Shown piece after piece: positions 9,516-22,649 of a stretch of 64,000 nucleotides of DNA (the stretch's first letter is position 1; each line of letters starts with the position of its first letter). The stretch comes from Lingula anatina. Its lineage: Eukaryota > Animalia > Brachiopoda. The DNA lies in assembly GCA_051362555.1 (NCBI GenBank), contig CM120642.1, forward strand, positions 19,468,001-19,532,000, in the 5' to 3' direction. The notes beneath the pieces were generated by a model that made no database searches, was not told where the DNA came from, and saw only the letters and a list, made by a program, of their open reading frames with translations. Both the position numbers and the translations under genes were made by a program.

Positions 9516-12500
9516 TACATGATACATTGACAGAAAGCAATGCACGCTTCATACGACCTTTTTATATGCGCACCTTGTACATCATCTACACCTAGCATAG
9601 CCATGCTGGAAACAGCAGAGGACCACTATGACCCCTGTGGCGCGCGGTTCCTGTCATGCGCACTTCGTATTTCCGCAAAAGATGAAAAAGGTTGTTAGTT
9701 GCGACGATAGGATTATAGCTTGAAGAGGCTAAACCCATGCTAAGGCGTGCCACGCGAAGCGAACTGTCCTTTTGTTCACTAGTTTGGCACGCGCAGCTGG
9801 TTTTTAGTGTTGCTAACAAACTGCTAGTTAAATTTGTTATCAGTTATTTCATCCTATATGAAATTTCCGCAGTCAAAAATTGAACTAATTATTGTTTGTT
9901 TGGTTGAAATGCATGAGCGTCAGCATCAATCTGTCTCAAAAAATTCCTATTGCATTAATTTATGAATATATAATTTATTTATGTACTTACGTTTTAATTT
10001 GAAATATCTGCATTCAAGCGTTCAAGTATTTATAAAACATGAATGATAATGAAAGAGGAATAAGGAAATAACATATTACTTATATTATGCTTATATTATA
10101 ATATTGAAATTAAATGAGGTGCATTGACATAGGCGCAATGACAATCCAACTACAACGTGCAACAGGGGGAAGTCTGGCTGTATGATCATACAATATACGA
10201 AAGTACGGTCAATTAAAAGTGTAAATCATCAGTTAAAGAGGAGGGGGTCTTACTATAGCTCGCTATATATTGTTTAACCCGACTGTTATTATCTCTCGAA
10301 CAAGCTTAAAGCATGCCTATACAATTACTGTGTCTCCGGCTGCCGTTCAGAAACACCATGTCGAACATATTTTGCTACAGTGAGAAACATGGTACACTAG
10401 CGACTTGTTTTAGATCACTCAAGAAAGGATGCATACGTGCGACACCAGAGGAAAAACAATCAAGTATGCATCTGATCCATTAATAATAATTGCACAGTGC
10501 ATGTTACTAGACCTTTGTCCTAACTCAGTAGTTAGGAATAGGATGTTTGGATAAAAAGCTTCTATTCAACTCGCTTAGACCTAGGGCGTGATGCTATCAT
10601 CCGATGAAATACGTAACTGAACCCTCTACCTGAACCTGAAGTCCCTTTAGCTGAAACAAAAACTGCCCCTTGAACATGTCCATTTTTTAATCGTCAAATG
10701 ATTTGTGATTTCATTGAACGTCTTTGATCGAAAGCTTTCAAGTGACAATAACCGAACCGTGTGTTGATTATTTATTAAAGCGTAATTAAGTTTATTCAAC
10801 ATGATCTATTTTGTAAACGATACTTGCCAAGATTGAGCTTGGATTGATCACCGTCACTATTTAGCTACTCGCCTATAATGCGTGCTGAACGACAGACAAC
10901 TTAAAAATATTATCTGTGTAACTGTGCAAATGAACGCATTTAGTTAAAATATAACGAAGCCGGCATTTAATCCATCGAACATATTTATATTTGTTCTTTT
11001 AAAACCAGTGTAAGGTTAACGCCAAATCAAAGCAAGCCTTGCAGACTGGTTTTGTTTAGACTGTCGTGCATCAAGTAAAGCTAAGTAAAACCTGTTTCTA
11101 CTTCGCAGTGTTCATCCCAGCCATAAAACTGCATGAAGGATAACAAGACTCCGTAGACCTGTGCTTCAGGTATCCAGGAGTCCCGTGTAACACAATAATA
11201 CCGAAGGCCTGAGAGTAATACATATATGAGGCTGTGTATGAAAGATTTAACAAATTAGAAATTCAAGAATTTAAACATGCTAGGTACATGCACATCACTT
11301 AATAAGTCATTTCACAAAAATCGCATCTAATTGTTTAGATTAACCTTTACTTTTATCGATCTCATCCCATTGTCTCAACCATCTAAAAGAAATATAGAGA
11401 ACATGAGGAAAAGTAACACGTTTACATGCAGGCGAAGGAGTTATACTTCAATATTAATCGCGAACAATATCAACAGAGACTAAAGACCGTTGCCTGTCTT
11501 TCACACTTTTACACAAACACACGAAGGTTTAATAAAGGGAGTCGCGGCGCGATATCTATCTCTTTCATTCGAACAAGCAAATGGCTGACCCGAAGTAAGC
11601 TTTCTATACTAATGTCCTTTTTATTGTATATTGTAATTACTCTACTTGCTCGCCTCCATTGTCTTGTAAAAGTGACAAAGAATGTGTTGTATTCACACTC
11701 GAGTTGAAAGAACTTTGCATAACTCCTTTGCCTTAAGTTGCATAATGTCTTTCTCAAGGTTATAATCAGTGTGAAGAGGGTGTCTTGCCTCATTTAAAAA
11801 GGGTGTTGTTCTTCATACTGGTTGTTGCTTAACTTATGCTAATCTTAAACTTTTATGTACCAATATGGTTTTAATAAATCGCCAAAATTATGAATTTAAT
11901 GAACATTGTGTATCAAACGTTTTGATACGATTTAAATAAATGGACGAGGAGGATTACGGTATTAGGTTCTTTTTACATCTGGCTTTAACTTCGCCCTGCT
12001 ATATAAATGAACAAATGTTGCAGATCGTAACAAAAAACTTTCTTATAGTGTTTTATGACATATATGATTTACACATTTGATAGTGAAACACTCCTCGACT
12101 TTAACGAATCACCTGACGTAAACTGTCTACCCGCGCTCCCCGAAAAAAACTGTTTCTTTTAATTTTGAAATGAATTGCTTTTAAGGCAAAGAAATCCATT
12201 AAACCCTTTAGTCTCAATATCATTGTACAGCATGTTGTAATCGATATTTAAAAAAGTTAATTTTTGTACTCCGCTTTCATCGAGGATACTCAAGTTGAGG
12301 TTACAATTACGTCGCTCGCCCATGCTACTGGAATATATATTTAAGGACAAATTAAGCTTTGTAAAGTCCCTATTGTCACACACCATAGATACTTTATTTT
12401 GTCTTGAATGAAAAAATAGCCTCAAATTATCGTTTTGTGCTTAAACCTTTCATTACTTGAACCAAGATCTGTACTATAGCTACCAAGACGTACATGCATC

Positions 12501-13799
12501 AAGTTGGGTCTGCTGGGGGAGGGGAGCATTTAAATAATAAACGAGGAAGTCTACCTGCAAAAGCAGCAGCAGTGGTTTAAATAATCGCTATCTAGACTCC
12601 TTTTTCTTTGACAGCAACATAAAAAGTGTTTAGGGAGAAAGTCACACAAAGACCTGACGTTGTTTTGTCTTCAGCATTTCCTCTTCCTTGTTATCTGCAA
12701 TTACTATCGTCAATTAATGAAATCGAGAAAGCAATTAAGTGACGGCACATTGAATATAGTCACTAGGTGCATTTCGCTGAGTGTTTACAAGATCTTGCGA
12801 CACATTTTATCGCCACGCGTTCTAGTTTGATTAGTTTAGAAAATTAAACAGTTACTCTGGCGGCTCTCCGTCATTGCTATGAATCTGACATCGAATTTAG
12901 TCCAAAATATTAGTAAATTCAGAATTATTAGCTAAAACGTAAATTGCCCTAATTTGTCAGATAATCAAAAATGCCGGTGATCCCCGCGGAGGGTACGCTT
13001 TCCTGAAGGTAGCGGCGACGAACGGCGAAGATATTTTTCTGAATAGTGAACCTTTATTAGTTACGAAAAGACCCCTTTTCAACAGGCGCGTTTTATTAAT
13101 TACTTCATGTCACAAAGTTAATTTATACAGGCAAAACTTTATTCAAGGAAATAGTTTCACGAGATGAACGAGAGTAAAATATAAGTCGGCACAATTATAA
13201 GGCATATAACAATGAGTCATGTTATGGATCATGTTATGGGCTATGTCGGATTATAATGGCATACCTTGATGCAAAACAGTCTATCGTTTCTTCCACCGCG
13301 AGTCCCTTTATTTAATGTAATGTATTACTCATTACCCGTTTCATTTGACACTCTCTCTTTTTATCTCCCTTCCCCTTTCTCTTGTTAGAAGGAGGGTAAA
13401 TAATTAAGCACTCAAAATCTGCACCACCAATCTTCAGAAAAACATAAGTCAACGAACCAGTGGGCTGATTCACAACATCCGACACAGCAGAATGAATCAA
13501 ATAACAGCTAGCACAAATTTATATGCAGTTAGCTATAGTGTCACTACATACATAATCAGCTGCACGCGCGAAGCTGTTGAACAAAAGGATAGTTCGCTAC
13601 GGGAGACCGTTTGTTTACATAAGTACTCTAAGGGGGCGTGGCTACCCAGGCGACCAGGGGATTAGGCTAGTTACTATATGCCGTCAACAATCGTTTAGCG
13701 ACCCTATCATTATACACTCTCTTTATTGTATTTTCCACCGCATTAATCGCAGTGTAATCTTCAAATGGTCCACGGGGTAAATGTACACATTCTTAATCC

Positions 13800-15300
13800 T
13801 AGTACGGTATCTATCTACTTTTTATAGGACTGCCCATATCATTTTCAAGGACGGTTCATTTGAATATTAAAACAAAAATCAATTTCTCGGATATGAATAT
13901 GTTTTAGGCATTTAAGTGGAATTGTCCAATATACTTTCTATCATTTGATATGTTTTTCATTAAATGTCAAATATCAGCTTAGAATTCCAAGTAAAAGAAG
14001 TAGGCAAAAACATTTCAAGCATATAAGGGAACTTTACTAAACATATTACTATGAAATCGCAAAAGCTTTCAATAGTGAGGGATGTTATAAGTTATTTTCC
14101 ACAAAAAAAGTCTCTTCGTCAACTCGTTTTCCCTACTCTCCAATGCTTCAAAGTCGAGTACACTTTTATTAAGATCCAAAGATCTATAATGATAAATCAG
14201 TCACATTGACCAACCATTGCAATGCATATCCAATCAAGGAGGCTTTGGCATTTGTATTACACCTTAGGAATTAATATTTCGTGATGTGGCTTTATTTCCT
14301 TTCACGTGCCATTGTGTTTACCAGTAATTTTTTTCATCATTATATATTTTAATTAAAATGGTGAGATCACGTAGGAACCTATATAGGAAGTGGGGGTTCA
14401 TTTCGACCTTATTAAATTCTAAATGTGTGTTTGTATGGGTGCGCGCGTGTTTGTTCAAAATCTGCCATGAGTCAACATTGATCTAGAGAATCAGTATATA
14501 TTTCTATAGGCTGCGTTTCTGGATAATGATGTTGAAGACAAGTACCAATGAAAGTTATGTGTGCCAGAGACGAAATCTTGAATTAAACTGTAAGGGATTA
14601 TTCTCCAGATATTCCAATTACAGTTACACCTTTTTTTAACCAACCAGACTCGAAGGAATCAAAATCAATTTTAAGTGTGTGAAACTTACCACTCACAAGC
14701 CAATTAACAAGGGGTAGGGAGTAGATTTATTAGCACCCCCATTCCACCACCACTCTTCCTCTCAAGACTGAGAAAGTTGCAAAAATTACTGGGGGTATAT
14801 CTATATTCACTATTTCCCCTATAACCCCTTACCCCTGGCTTCTACTTCAATGTCCACCCTATTTTAATACCCCCTGTACCTAAATGAGTCATCTGAATAG
14901 CCTCGCGGCAACAACTTACTATCCTTTGTGGCAGCAACTCAACTGAATATCTAATAATAAATATATGTTTGGTTTTTTACGAATGTCCGTATTTTTTTCA
15001 AGAACGTTTCATTTCCTCAGACAAAGTCAGCTTTTTGTTATGTTGAACACTCGTAATGTCATTTTTTTCTTTAAACAGGTAACGACCTCTCGGAATGAAG
15101 GGATCAACCAATTCAAAAACAGCTGTTCACTAAACTTATCTTATACCATGTGTTTGTTTTGAAAAAAATAGAAAAAAGGAAGAAAATAGAAGGTATCGCA
15201 AGGTCAAAATCTAGTCACTTGTTGAGTACTTACCAGATTATGATTTGATTTCAAATCCTTGTTTTATTTAGGTCCCTAACAAAATAATTAACGGACTTAA
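13800..15300. repeat. Degenerate repeat block immediately 3' of SMB gene A
   Basis: Same core as the other blocks. 14480-14670 matches 43320-43490, and 14830-15070 matches 63685-63890. Confidence 0.8.
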
Positions 15301-15416
15301 GTTACACTGGTTGTTATCTCAATTTTTAATTTTTCTCCAGTTTCGAGAAAATAAAATATATAATGAAAGAAAGTGGCAATTTGTATTGTTATTGTTGTTT
15401 TGACTTATCAGAGCAT

Positions 15417-15453
<37 letters not shown>

Positions 15454-16140
15454 CATATTTTGTGAAGATATGAGGTGTTGGTAGGAAGGACCTTTAAGTG
15501 AGTGGGGGGCGGGTGAAAGCAAGCAGGAGAAAAGGAGCAACATCAGATGGGGACAAGGGGGTAATGGCAAAAAGAGTAATATATCAATGATTAATTTAAC
15601 TGTACCTTTGGTTCAAAAAGGGTCCCCTGGCCGCTGACGTGCTTGGGAAAGGAAGATACTGAATTCCCGGCTCCTGCACAAATTTCGTCTTACAACAATA
15701 TTTTTAAAATATACCAGAGGTGCACCGAATTTATACGATTGTACTTTATTAACTTTAATTGTAGGATATACTCTATCCAAAGTGAACTACATTTCACCTT
15801 ACATTCACTACACTGGTCATAGCCTCCAGATCAAAACAGTTTCAACTCCTTGGATTCTGTAATATACTTGTGATCCTCGGTTGAAAACCCATAATCAATT
15901 TTCAGTATTCATGGTGATATTAATATGCTCTTCTTATAATCTGAAAGATTTACTCTCAAGATTACCATGGTCATAAAGGAGAGTAAAAGATTCACATTTT
16001 GATCTGACAGCAAAATATGTCCCATTCTAAACTTCTTCTAGTCACCACCCTGTCATTCAACTATACTGTTTCAAACAAATGTAACGCCAGGACAATCATC
16101 CAATACAATAAGCAAAATAAACAGCAAAAACAACAGTAAG

Positions 16141-16195
<55 letters not shown>

Positions 16196-17585
16196 TGATG
16201 ATGTCATAAAAACATACGAGAGTAAATTATGCTCAATCTGTACCAAACATTCATTTAGTTGAAAAAAAAGGAATATAAGTTAGAGAAGTTTATTAATTTA
16301 ACATTTTAGGTGTTTTCTTTACTAACAACCTCAATGTTCTGAACATGTTGATAATCCCATTGAAGCATATACTAATTAGGTCGTTGTCATAATGACTGAC
16401 CAGTCACTTTAAGCGAAAATCAACCCTTATAAATTTAATCAAAGGAAAAAGACAAGTAATAAACGATTGATGTGTACGATAAAAGTGCTTATTTACCCGG
16501 AAAAAAGCATTCGACGGGAAAATCTTGTGGGGTGTACCCTTAACTTTCTGTAGTATTAGAAGCAATTCAGTTGTTTCTCTTCATTTTCTTAAGATAGCTT
16601 TGCATTATCCTATGTCATGATTTTGTGAAGTGACAGGATTTGATTTTAGCAGGGAATTGGAAGCAGATAATTAAAACAGGGAATACCTGTAAAATTCAAA
16701 GTGCCCTTGACCGAATGGGTCCTTTTATATTGCACTGCTCACTTGTTAACCTAGGGTTAAACAGGGAAATCGTATTCCACAACAGAGCAATTAACATTTG
16801 ATGCACCTGCACATGATCTGATGAGGTAAGTTTGGTACATTTAAGTTGGCGTAGATAAAACACTTGTGTGCATGAATTTTATAGATGTATTCAACACGTC
16901 GTTCAAACCATTTAAGGTTGTTAGAATGGAAACAGAACAGTCAGTAATGAAAACACCACATTAGGTACGCTCCAGAAAAATATCTGTAGGGCTTAATCAT
17001 TTAAAGGCTTAAGAAAGGTTACATAAGAAGCTGTGGATGGCAAAAATAAACAAATTGTGGCCATTTTCTAACCTATGGAATATTGTATAACACCCAACAC
17101 TTACTTTCTGAAAATAGCGTTTGGGAGCTTTTGCTTATTTTAATCTTATTGCATTCATTCTTTTCTTTTTCATTTTTTTTATTTACACATATTTGTATAA
17201 CTTTCTCTAAATAAACGTATTACTATTTATCATAGTTATAATATTAAAACAAAAATAGTGATGAAAAATACTGACAATAAGCATTAAAAATAACACAATA
17301 TACTCTCATTGAATCAGAAAATACTATTTTAAAAAACTCATACATTGTAAACAACCTTTACATATGTTCTTCATTAAATTATGAAAAAGTCTACATTTTT
17401 TTCTTATTTTAACGTTAACGACAGGTCCATCTCAAAGATTTGAATAACACTGGTATCTGAAATGCACATCCCCTATAATATGCATGTCCAAAAGCAATTT
17501 ATCGGCAGTTAAAACCACAGATCATCAACAGAGATACCAAAAGGCATTTACAACCTAAACTTTACTGCATTTCACATCTATACAG

Positions 17586-18209
17586 CTAGTACGCCCCAAT
17601 ACAAAAAAACATCATTGGTAACACCAACAGTCCCCATACCCCCAAAGACAAAAGCTGCCCACTGCTGGATGGTGTACGGTCGGTTACTTCAGGGAGCAGC
17701 AATTCTGTCGGTGTCTTTCGATTAGACCCGCGGTCAGTGCGAGCTGCACAAGACTGGATCTTCACGCGGTCTCGTACCTCTATCAGGAAATCAATACCTC
17801 TGTAACTGTAAGTCGGCATTCTCTCGGCAAACTTATCTTGCAATACTGACAAAAAAGGCAACCCATCTCTGTACGTTTTTACTGTTGCCCGTAACAATAA
17901 TCCAAAGTCTCCTACAACAGCACCGTAGTCTCTCGTTTCAGGCTGATCAAGGTTCGAGCTGTTCACTGCGCGACATCTGTGATTTATCCTTCTCCTTACC
18001 TCCCAGACGTTCCGAAAATCATTGGCCAAGCTTATCTTTCCTAATGAGAGACGTTTGCCAAAATCTTCACAGGCGCTAATGGTCTCATTCACGTTATTTT
18101 TTTCGTTTTTGGGAGTCTTAAAAAGCAAGGTGAGTGTGTATGCCGCCTTGAACATGTGTTTCAATAGTGACGGGCACGGGTCCGACTCTTCCTCGCCTGG
18201 GCAGCGCTC
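17586..18209 (-). CDS. SMB-domain Cys-rich GPI-type surface protein A, last coding exon
   Basis: Acceptor ...tttttaatccAG|GAGCGC (phase 0), 207 codons plus stop, ending SSSGQLLSLGVWGLLVLPMMFFCIGAY* (small-residue omega site, then a hydrophobic tail). Confidence 0.85.
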   Translation of the reverse strand, partial: ERCPGEEESDPCPSLLKHMFKAAYTLTLLFKTPKNEKNNVNETISACEDFGKRLSLGKISLANDFRNVWEVRRRINHRCRAVNSSNLDQPETRDYGAVVGDFGLLLRATVKTYRDGLPFLSVLQDKFAERMPTYSYRGIDFLIEVRDRVKIQSCAARTDRGSNRKTPTELLLPEVTDRTPSSSGQLLSLGVWGLLVLPMMFFCIGAY

Positions 18210-18510
18210 CTGGATTAAAAAAGAAAGCCAATCACACCCTCTACAACCATGACCAGTCAATGATTAACAGTGTATAAACGCTTATAATATTTATTATTCT
18301 GCAAAAAATTTAGATTTTTCACTAATGTCAGAGAAACCGCACAAAGCGTTTGCATGGTTTTTGCTCAGTTTCAGTAAAGTGATACTTTGTATCAGCCAAA
18401 CGCATTGGTTAACGACGTTGTGCAAACCGAGAAAATGTATCTTTCTGTACTTTGTTTGAGAGACCGAGAAATGTCCCATGTGTCACAATCCGAATGGAAG
18501 TTTCGAAGTC

Positions 18511-18544
<34 letters not shown>

Positions 18545-18548
<4 letters not shown>

Positions 18549-18710
18549 AGCGGATCCAGAGCTATTTTCTGACAGTCTTCCAAATTATCTTTATTGATCT
18601 ATCCTCCAATTTTGACCGTCTTCCAACAGAAAAAAATAAGATACCTTTTAATGTAAACTTGAAAATCTGACCGTCTTCTGGAAGACCCAGAAGACGGCCT
18701 AAATCCGCCC

Positions 18711-18713
<3 letters not shown>
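18545..18713. mobile_element. Short MITE inserted in an intronic (CA)n tract
   Basis: TIR caggagcggat / atccgcccctg. The paralogous (CA)n at ~47133-47166 is uninterrupted. Confidence 0.75.
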
Positions 18714-18762
<49 letters not shown>

Positions 18763-19066
18763 CTTGCGACCAGCCATATTATGAGAAATTCATTTTTTAC
18801 CTATTTTTTAAATGCATTAGGTACACATGTACAGTATAAACCAGTTGGTTATATTAATTTCGACTGAATCCATGAAAAAATATTCATGCTGAATATATGA
18901 TCTAAATCGCCTACGCTGTTAGACAAAAAAACATGAAATTTAGTTGCTATGCAAAAGCAAAATAAATTCTCATTTACGATTTACATATATTTGCTGTTTG
19001 TTAAACAATTTCACAAATTTGTCTTGGCTAATCAAGTAGTCTGTACTAACAATACCCTCTCCTTAC

Positions 19067-19173
19067 CATAATAGTGTGACCGTTATTTGCCGTACAGGAA
19101 TCTGGTATTGCGGGTGCAACTAAATCCACTAGGGCGCGAAATCCAAAGGGGCTGAAATTTCTCATCTCTTCCT
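19067..19173 (-). CDS. SMB-domain protein A, 107-bp middle coding exon (missed by the ORF track)
   Basis: tttcAG|AGGAAGAG...ATTATG|GTAAGG. Phase 1 to 0 joins both flanking exons in frame. EEMRNFSPFGFRALVDLVAPAIPDSCTANNGHTIM is conserved with copy B. Confidence 0.85.
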
Positions 19174-19787
19174 CTGAAACTTCACACATAAATGGCAATG
19201 TAAAATTTCGGGTAGTAGTTTTTTATCAAACGAAAATTAAGGTATACATATATTAAATGTCATTAAGACCTGATATTTTCCTTTCCAGTATATCTTACCT
19301 AATAGAAGGATATGAAAAGTATTTGTGAGAAAACCCAGGCAGATTGCTGGGCTCCGGTAAACCACGTCATTCTAAAAATAATATTCAAAGCCCCACTGCG
19401 TACAGTGAGGGTTTTCATATGATCTTATTTTAAATGATACTATCATTATTAATGTTATTTTTATTATTATTATTATTAACAGGCTCTTGGTGTTATCCTA
19501 CCTTGGGGTCCATTGCTCCAGAAATCTTATGATTATTTTTACGTAGGCAATCACCATTTTTATCAACATGAGAAAAGCTGAGGAAAATGAGTGTTCATAT
19601 ATGGGTAAACGTAAATTAATGTCATGGGGTTGACTTAATTATCATCAAACATGTCTCGAAACATGCGTGATATCGCTATTCGCGTGCGGGCGACAAATAC
19701 ATAACCGCCCTTAAGGCCAATGCAAATGGTATAACGACATAAGTTAATTAAAATGAAAAAGCCGCTTATATTCGAGCATTTAATTAC

Positions 19788-20871
19788 CTTTATCCTGTGT
19801 GATCTGCTCTGGGCACTGAAAAATTGTTGGTTTCTTCGTATATCGGCAAATCCAACAAAAGTGATTTTTGTAATAATGTTTATGCTTTAACGGAATACCA
19901 TACTCCACCGCTTGCGTGATAGGCCAACTGTGACCCCTTTCGCAAAGGTCCCGATAAGGGTTTCCTTCGTGACAATGTTGCCCACTTTGATGCCATGGAT
20001 ACCCTCTAACGTGAGTGCCATCTTTGATGCACGGCCTACCGACAATCCCTTCCGGTTCTCGAAAGTACAGCTTGCAATCGTGCGAGTTATGGACAAGATG
20101 GAAAATGTCGGATGTGTTTCTGCTATCTGCGAAGATGTCACTAGAAAGCCAGGTGCAAAAAACAAACGTTGGCCATGTTCTGTATGACGTCACACCATGA
20201 CAAAATGCACAGTATAAGTTCCTAAAGGTAAGTCCGGAAACAGAATCTGAAACCGGTAGAACAGCCATTCCGTCTTCGTCTGTGCCATTCGGTCTTTCAC
20301 AGGCCGAGCGAATTCCCACGTCCGACCAACCATTTGGACATGCGGAAACCATCCAGAAATGCCTGCGAGGTTCTCCCCAAGAGCTTACCGTGTCTTTTGT
20401 CATCTGCGATGCACAGGTGACGTCATCAGGGTCTAATGTTATTGTATTCGCTGACGTTGATGAAAATTTGGAATCCGACTCATCTGTATGATTGCAGGTA
20501 ATGTTAACGGCGAAACAACAGTCAACAAAAGTATTGCAATACGCATCACAGTAACATGCTATATTAACAACAGTGTCTAGACTGTTCCCATTGTAGATAC
20601 AAAACTTTTCACCTGCAGTCACTTGACTCCAATAATTCGGTGCCGTGGCAGTCACATTTTCGAGAGGAACGGTGCTAGTTTCAGGTCTTTGGTTGGAGAC
20701 CGTGGAAATATCACTCATATTGGCTTCACGTGTCAAAATAGCTCTGGTAGTTGTCGGCGGTCCTGGGTCACTGCATGGATTGTCGAAACACCTACTGTCC
20801 TCTCCCTGGCAAATCACAAAGGCCAGGAAAAGTGAGTGCAACACTATTGCTATTGCGCCCCTCTGTAGCAT
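19788..20871 (-). CDS. SMB-domain protein A, first coding exon (signal peptide, S/T-rich linker, SMB-like motif, Cys modules)
   Basis: ATG 20871 MLQRGAIAIVLHSLFLAFVIC (signal peptide); CYCDAYCNTFVDCC; LPVSDSVSGLTFRNLYCAFCHG; YYKNHFCWIC; donor AAAG|GTAATT. The spliced product is 604 aa. Confidence 0.88.
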
Positions 20872-21159
20872 TGCGTACTTGATTATAGCGCTGACCTTTA
20901 TTGAGAAAAGAAAATACACTGCAATATGAAATACATTAGAAAAAATACACATAGTATTTAATTACGTATAGCTGACGTGAAGTACCCCTTAGCGTATACT
21001 CACTTCTATTAATAAATTTTACGGCTGGGTTTATTCATTTCTGTGTTAGCTGCCACTATAAGTGAGTATTTTAGAATGCATATATTGTATATGTATTCAC
21101 TACTTTATGCATGTATTCACTACTTTACTTTAAACACCAAACATCTAAAACAAATATCA

Positions 21160-21400
21160 GTACGTCCGTCAAGGAGGTTATGTTTTCACCCATGTATGTT
21201 TGTTTATTTGTTTGTCTGTCATCAACATAACTCAAAAAGTTATGGACCGATTTTGATGAAATTTCCATGAACTGTCGGAAGTGGGCCAAGGAACAGATGA
21301 TTTGTTTTTGGTGGTGAACCGGATCAATAATCAACCAACAATCAACAATCTGTTTGTTTGTGTGTATGTTTGTTTGTCTGGCAGGCAATACGTGTGCAAC
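21160..21400 (+). mobile_element. Truncated Helentron-associated (HINE/DINE-1-like) element, shared with 49810-50090
   Basis: 5' motif ccg.caaggaggttatgttttca, (GTTT/GTCT)n, then ataactcaaaaagttatggaccgattttgatgaaa. Confidence 0.65.
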
Positions 21401-21927
21401 CTTCGACATGTTTAGAAATCCATGGGAATTGATAACTTTCAACTACGTTTATGCCACATACAGGGTATATTGCCAATTATAAAATTACTTTTTTCTTTAA
21501 TAATTATTTTCCCACACTTTTGTTACCCGTGTAATACATATCTTATGAGGACCGAGTTTGTGATATGTGGATAAAATTAAAGCTAATCGCCATTCGACAG
21601 AGGAATACGAAGATTTCAACTATTGCCAAAATATAGTCAGTCAAAAAAAAAAAAAAAAAACGACGTAAAGGTTAGTATATCTTGCAATGTGTTTCACACC
21701 CATATTATCCCTATTATTTATATCTTATGTGTAACAAGTGTGTATCCTTGAGTATTATGAGAAAATGAAAGATAGCTCTTATTAGCGATAGGAGTACTTG
21801 TAAATGAGATTTCAGCTGCTACCAGAGAAATATATAATCGGGTGAAGAATGTGTTCCTAAGTGTTATTCACAGCCTAATTAGTTCTTAAATGAAAATTAT
21901 CAAACACAAGCCGAAATATTTTCATAC

Positions 21928-22020
21928 CGGGGAGAAGGCCTTAATCAGACTGATGTGAGTAGATGTTGACACTTACTGACCGCTAGGTGATATAGCGGCC
22001 AGGACCCTCTTATAAATGTC
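21928..22020 (-). promoter_or_regulatory. Putative TATA promoter and non-coding first exon of gene A
   Basis: Minus strand tttataag at 22016-22009, Inr-like TCAGT ~35 nt downstream, donor CCG|GTATGA at 21928. All conserved in copy B. The coding exon has an acceptor just upstream of its ATG. Confidence 0.4.
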
Positions 22021-22249
22021 AAGTAGATCTACCCCCGTGCCTATTCATGGGTTGCTGGTGACGGCTGATGTTGATGTTTATAAGAACTCAAATAATAAAG
22101 TCAACTTAAGAAATTTCACCGTGACTTGGAGACGCACTATGCCGATATTGTAGATGCATGATCATGACAGTTTCCTCGGACACCGCACTATATGATAAAA
22201 ATAAATGCATGAACATTTTTCATCATATACTTGTGTTTATACATGTTTA

Positions 22250-22341
22250 TAGCAGCTACACTGTATTATTACTTACGTTTCTTTATTCCAGTGTACAAAT
22301 AACAATAAAGAAACGCAAGTAATAATACAGTGTAGCTGCTA
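22250..22341. repeat. Near-perfect ~38-bp-arm hairpin
   Basis: agcagctacactgtattattacttacgtttctttatt ... aataaagaaacgcaagtaataatacagtgtagctgct, with one mismatch. Confidence 0.9.
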
Positions 22342-22649
22342 AAACTGCGGGTAAATATCTCCGCAGCTACAAAGCTGAATGACTTCTCACTGATGCAGCT
22401 CGATAGAAATAGTCCCCCAAAACATCTTTCATAAAATATAAATGCGTGTGCCTAGATACACAGCAGCTAGGACATTCCGTAACCCTAGACATCTGTTAAC
22501 ACCTTGCCTTGGTCAACTACTTAAGGTCAAAATGCGCCGACACAAGACCCAAACTAAGACTTATTTCCTATAAACAAATCGTTGATGTATTATCAAAAAG
22601 TTATTACCACCACTAAAACTAATAATCTCCTACATAAATACAATTAATT

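Noticed and set aside
9850-13800. Possible upstream exons or genes in single-copy-looking sequence
   Set aside because: Only short ORFs with no recognisable motifs or consistent splice structure.
20872-20952. N-terminal extensions of ORFs 19780..20952, 48455..49627, 17586..18260 and 46193..46867
   Set aside because: They are largely intronic polypyrimidine/acceptor sequence; the real boundaries are set by splice sites and the signal-peptide ATG.
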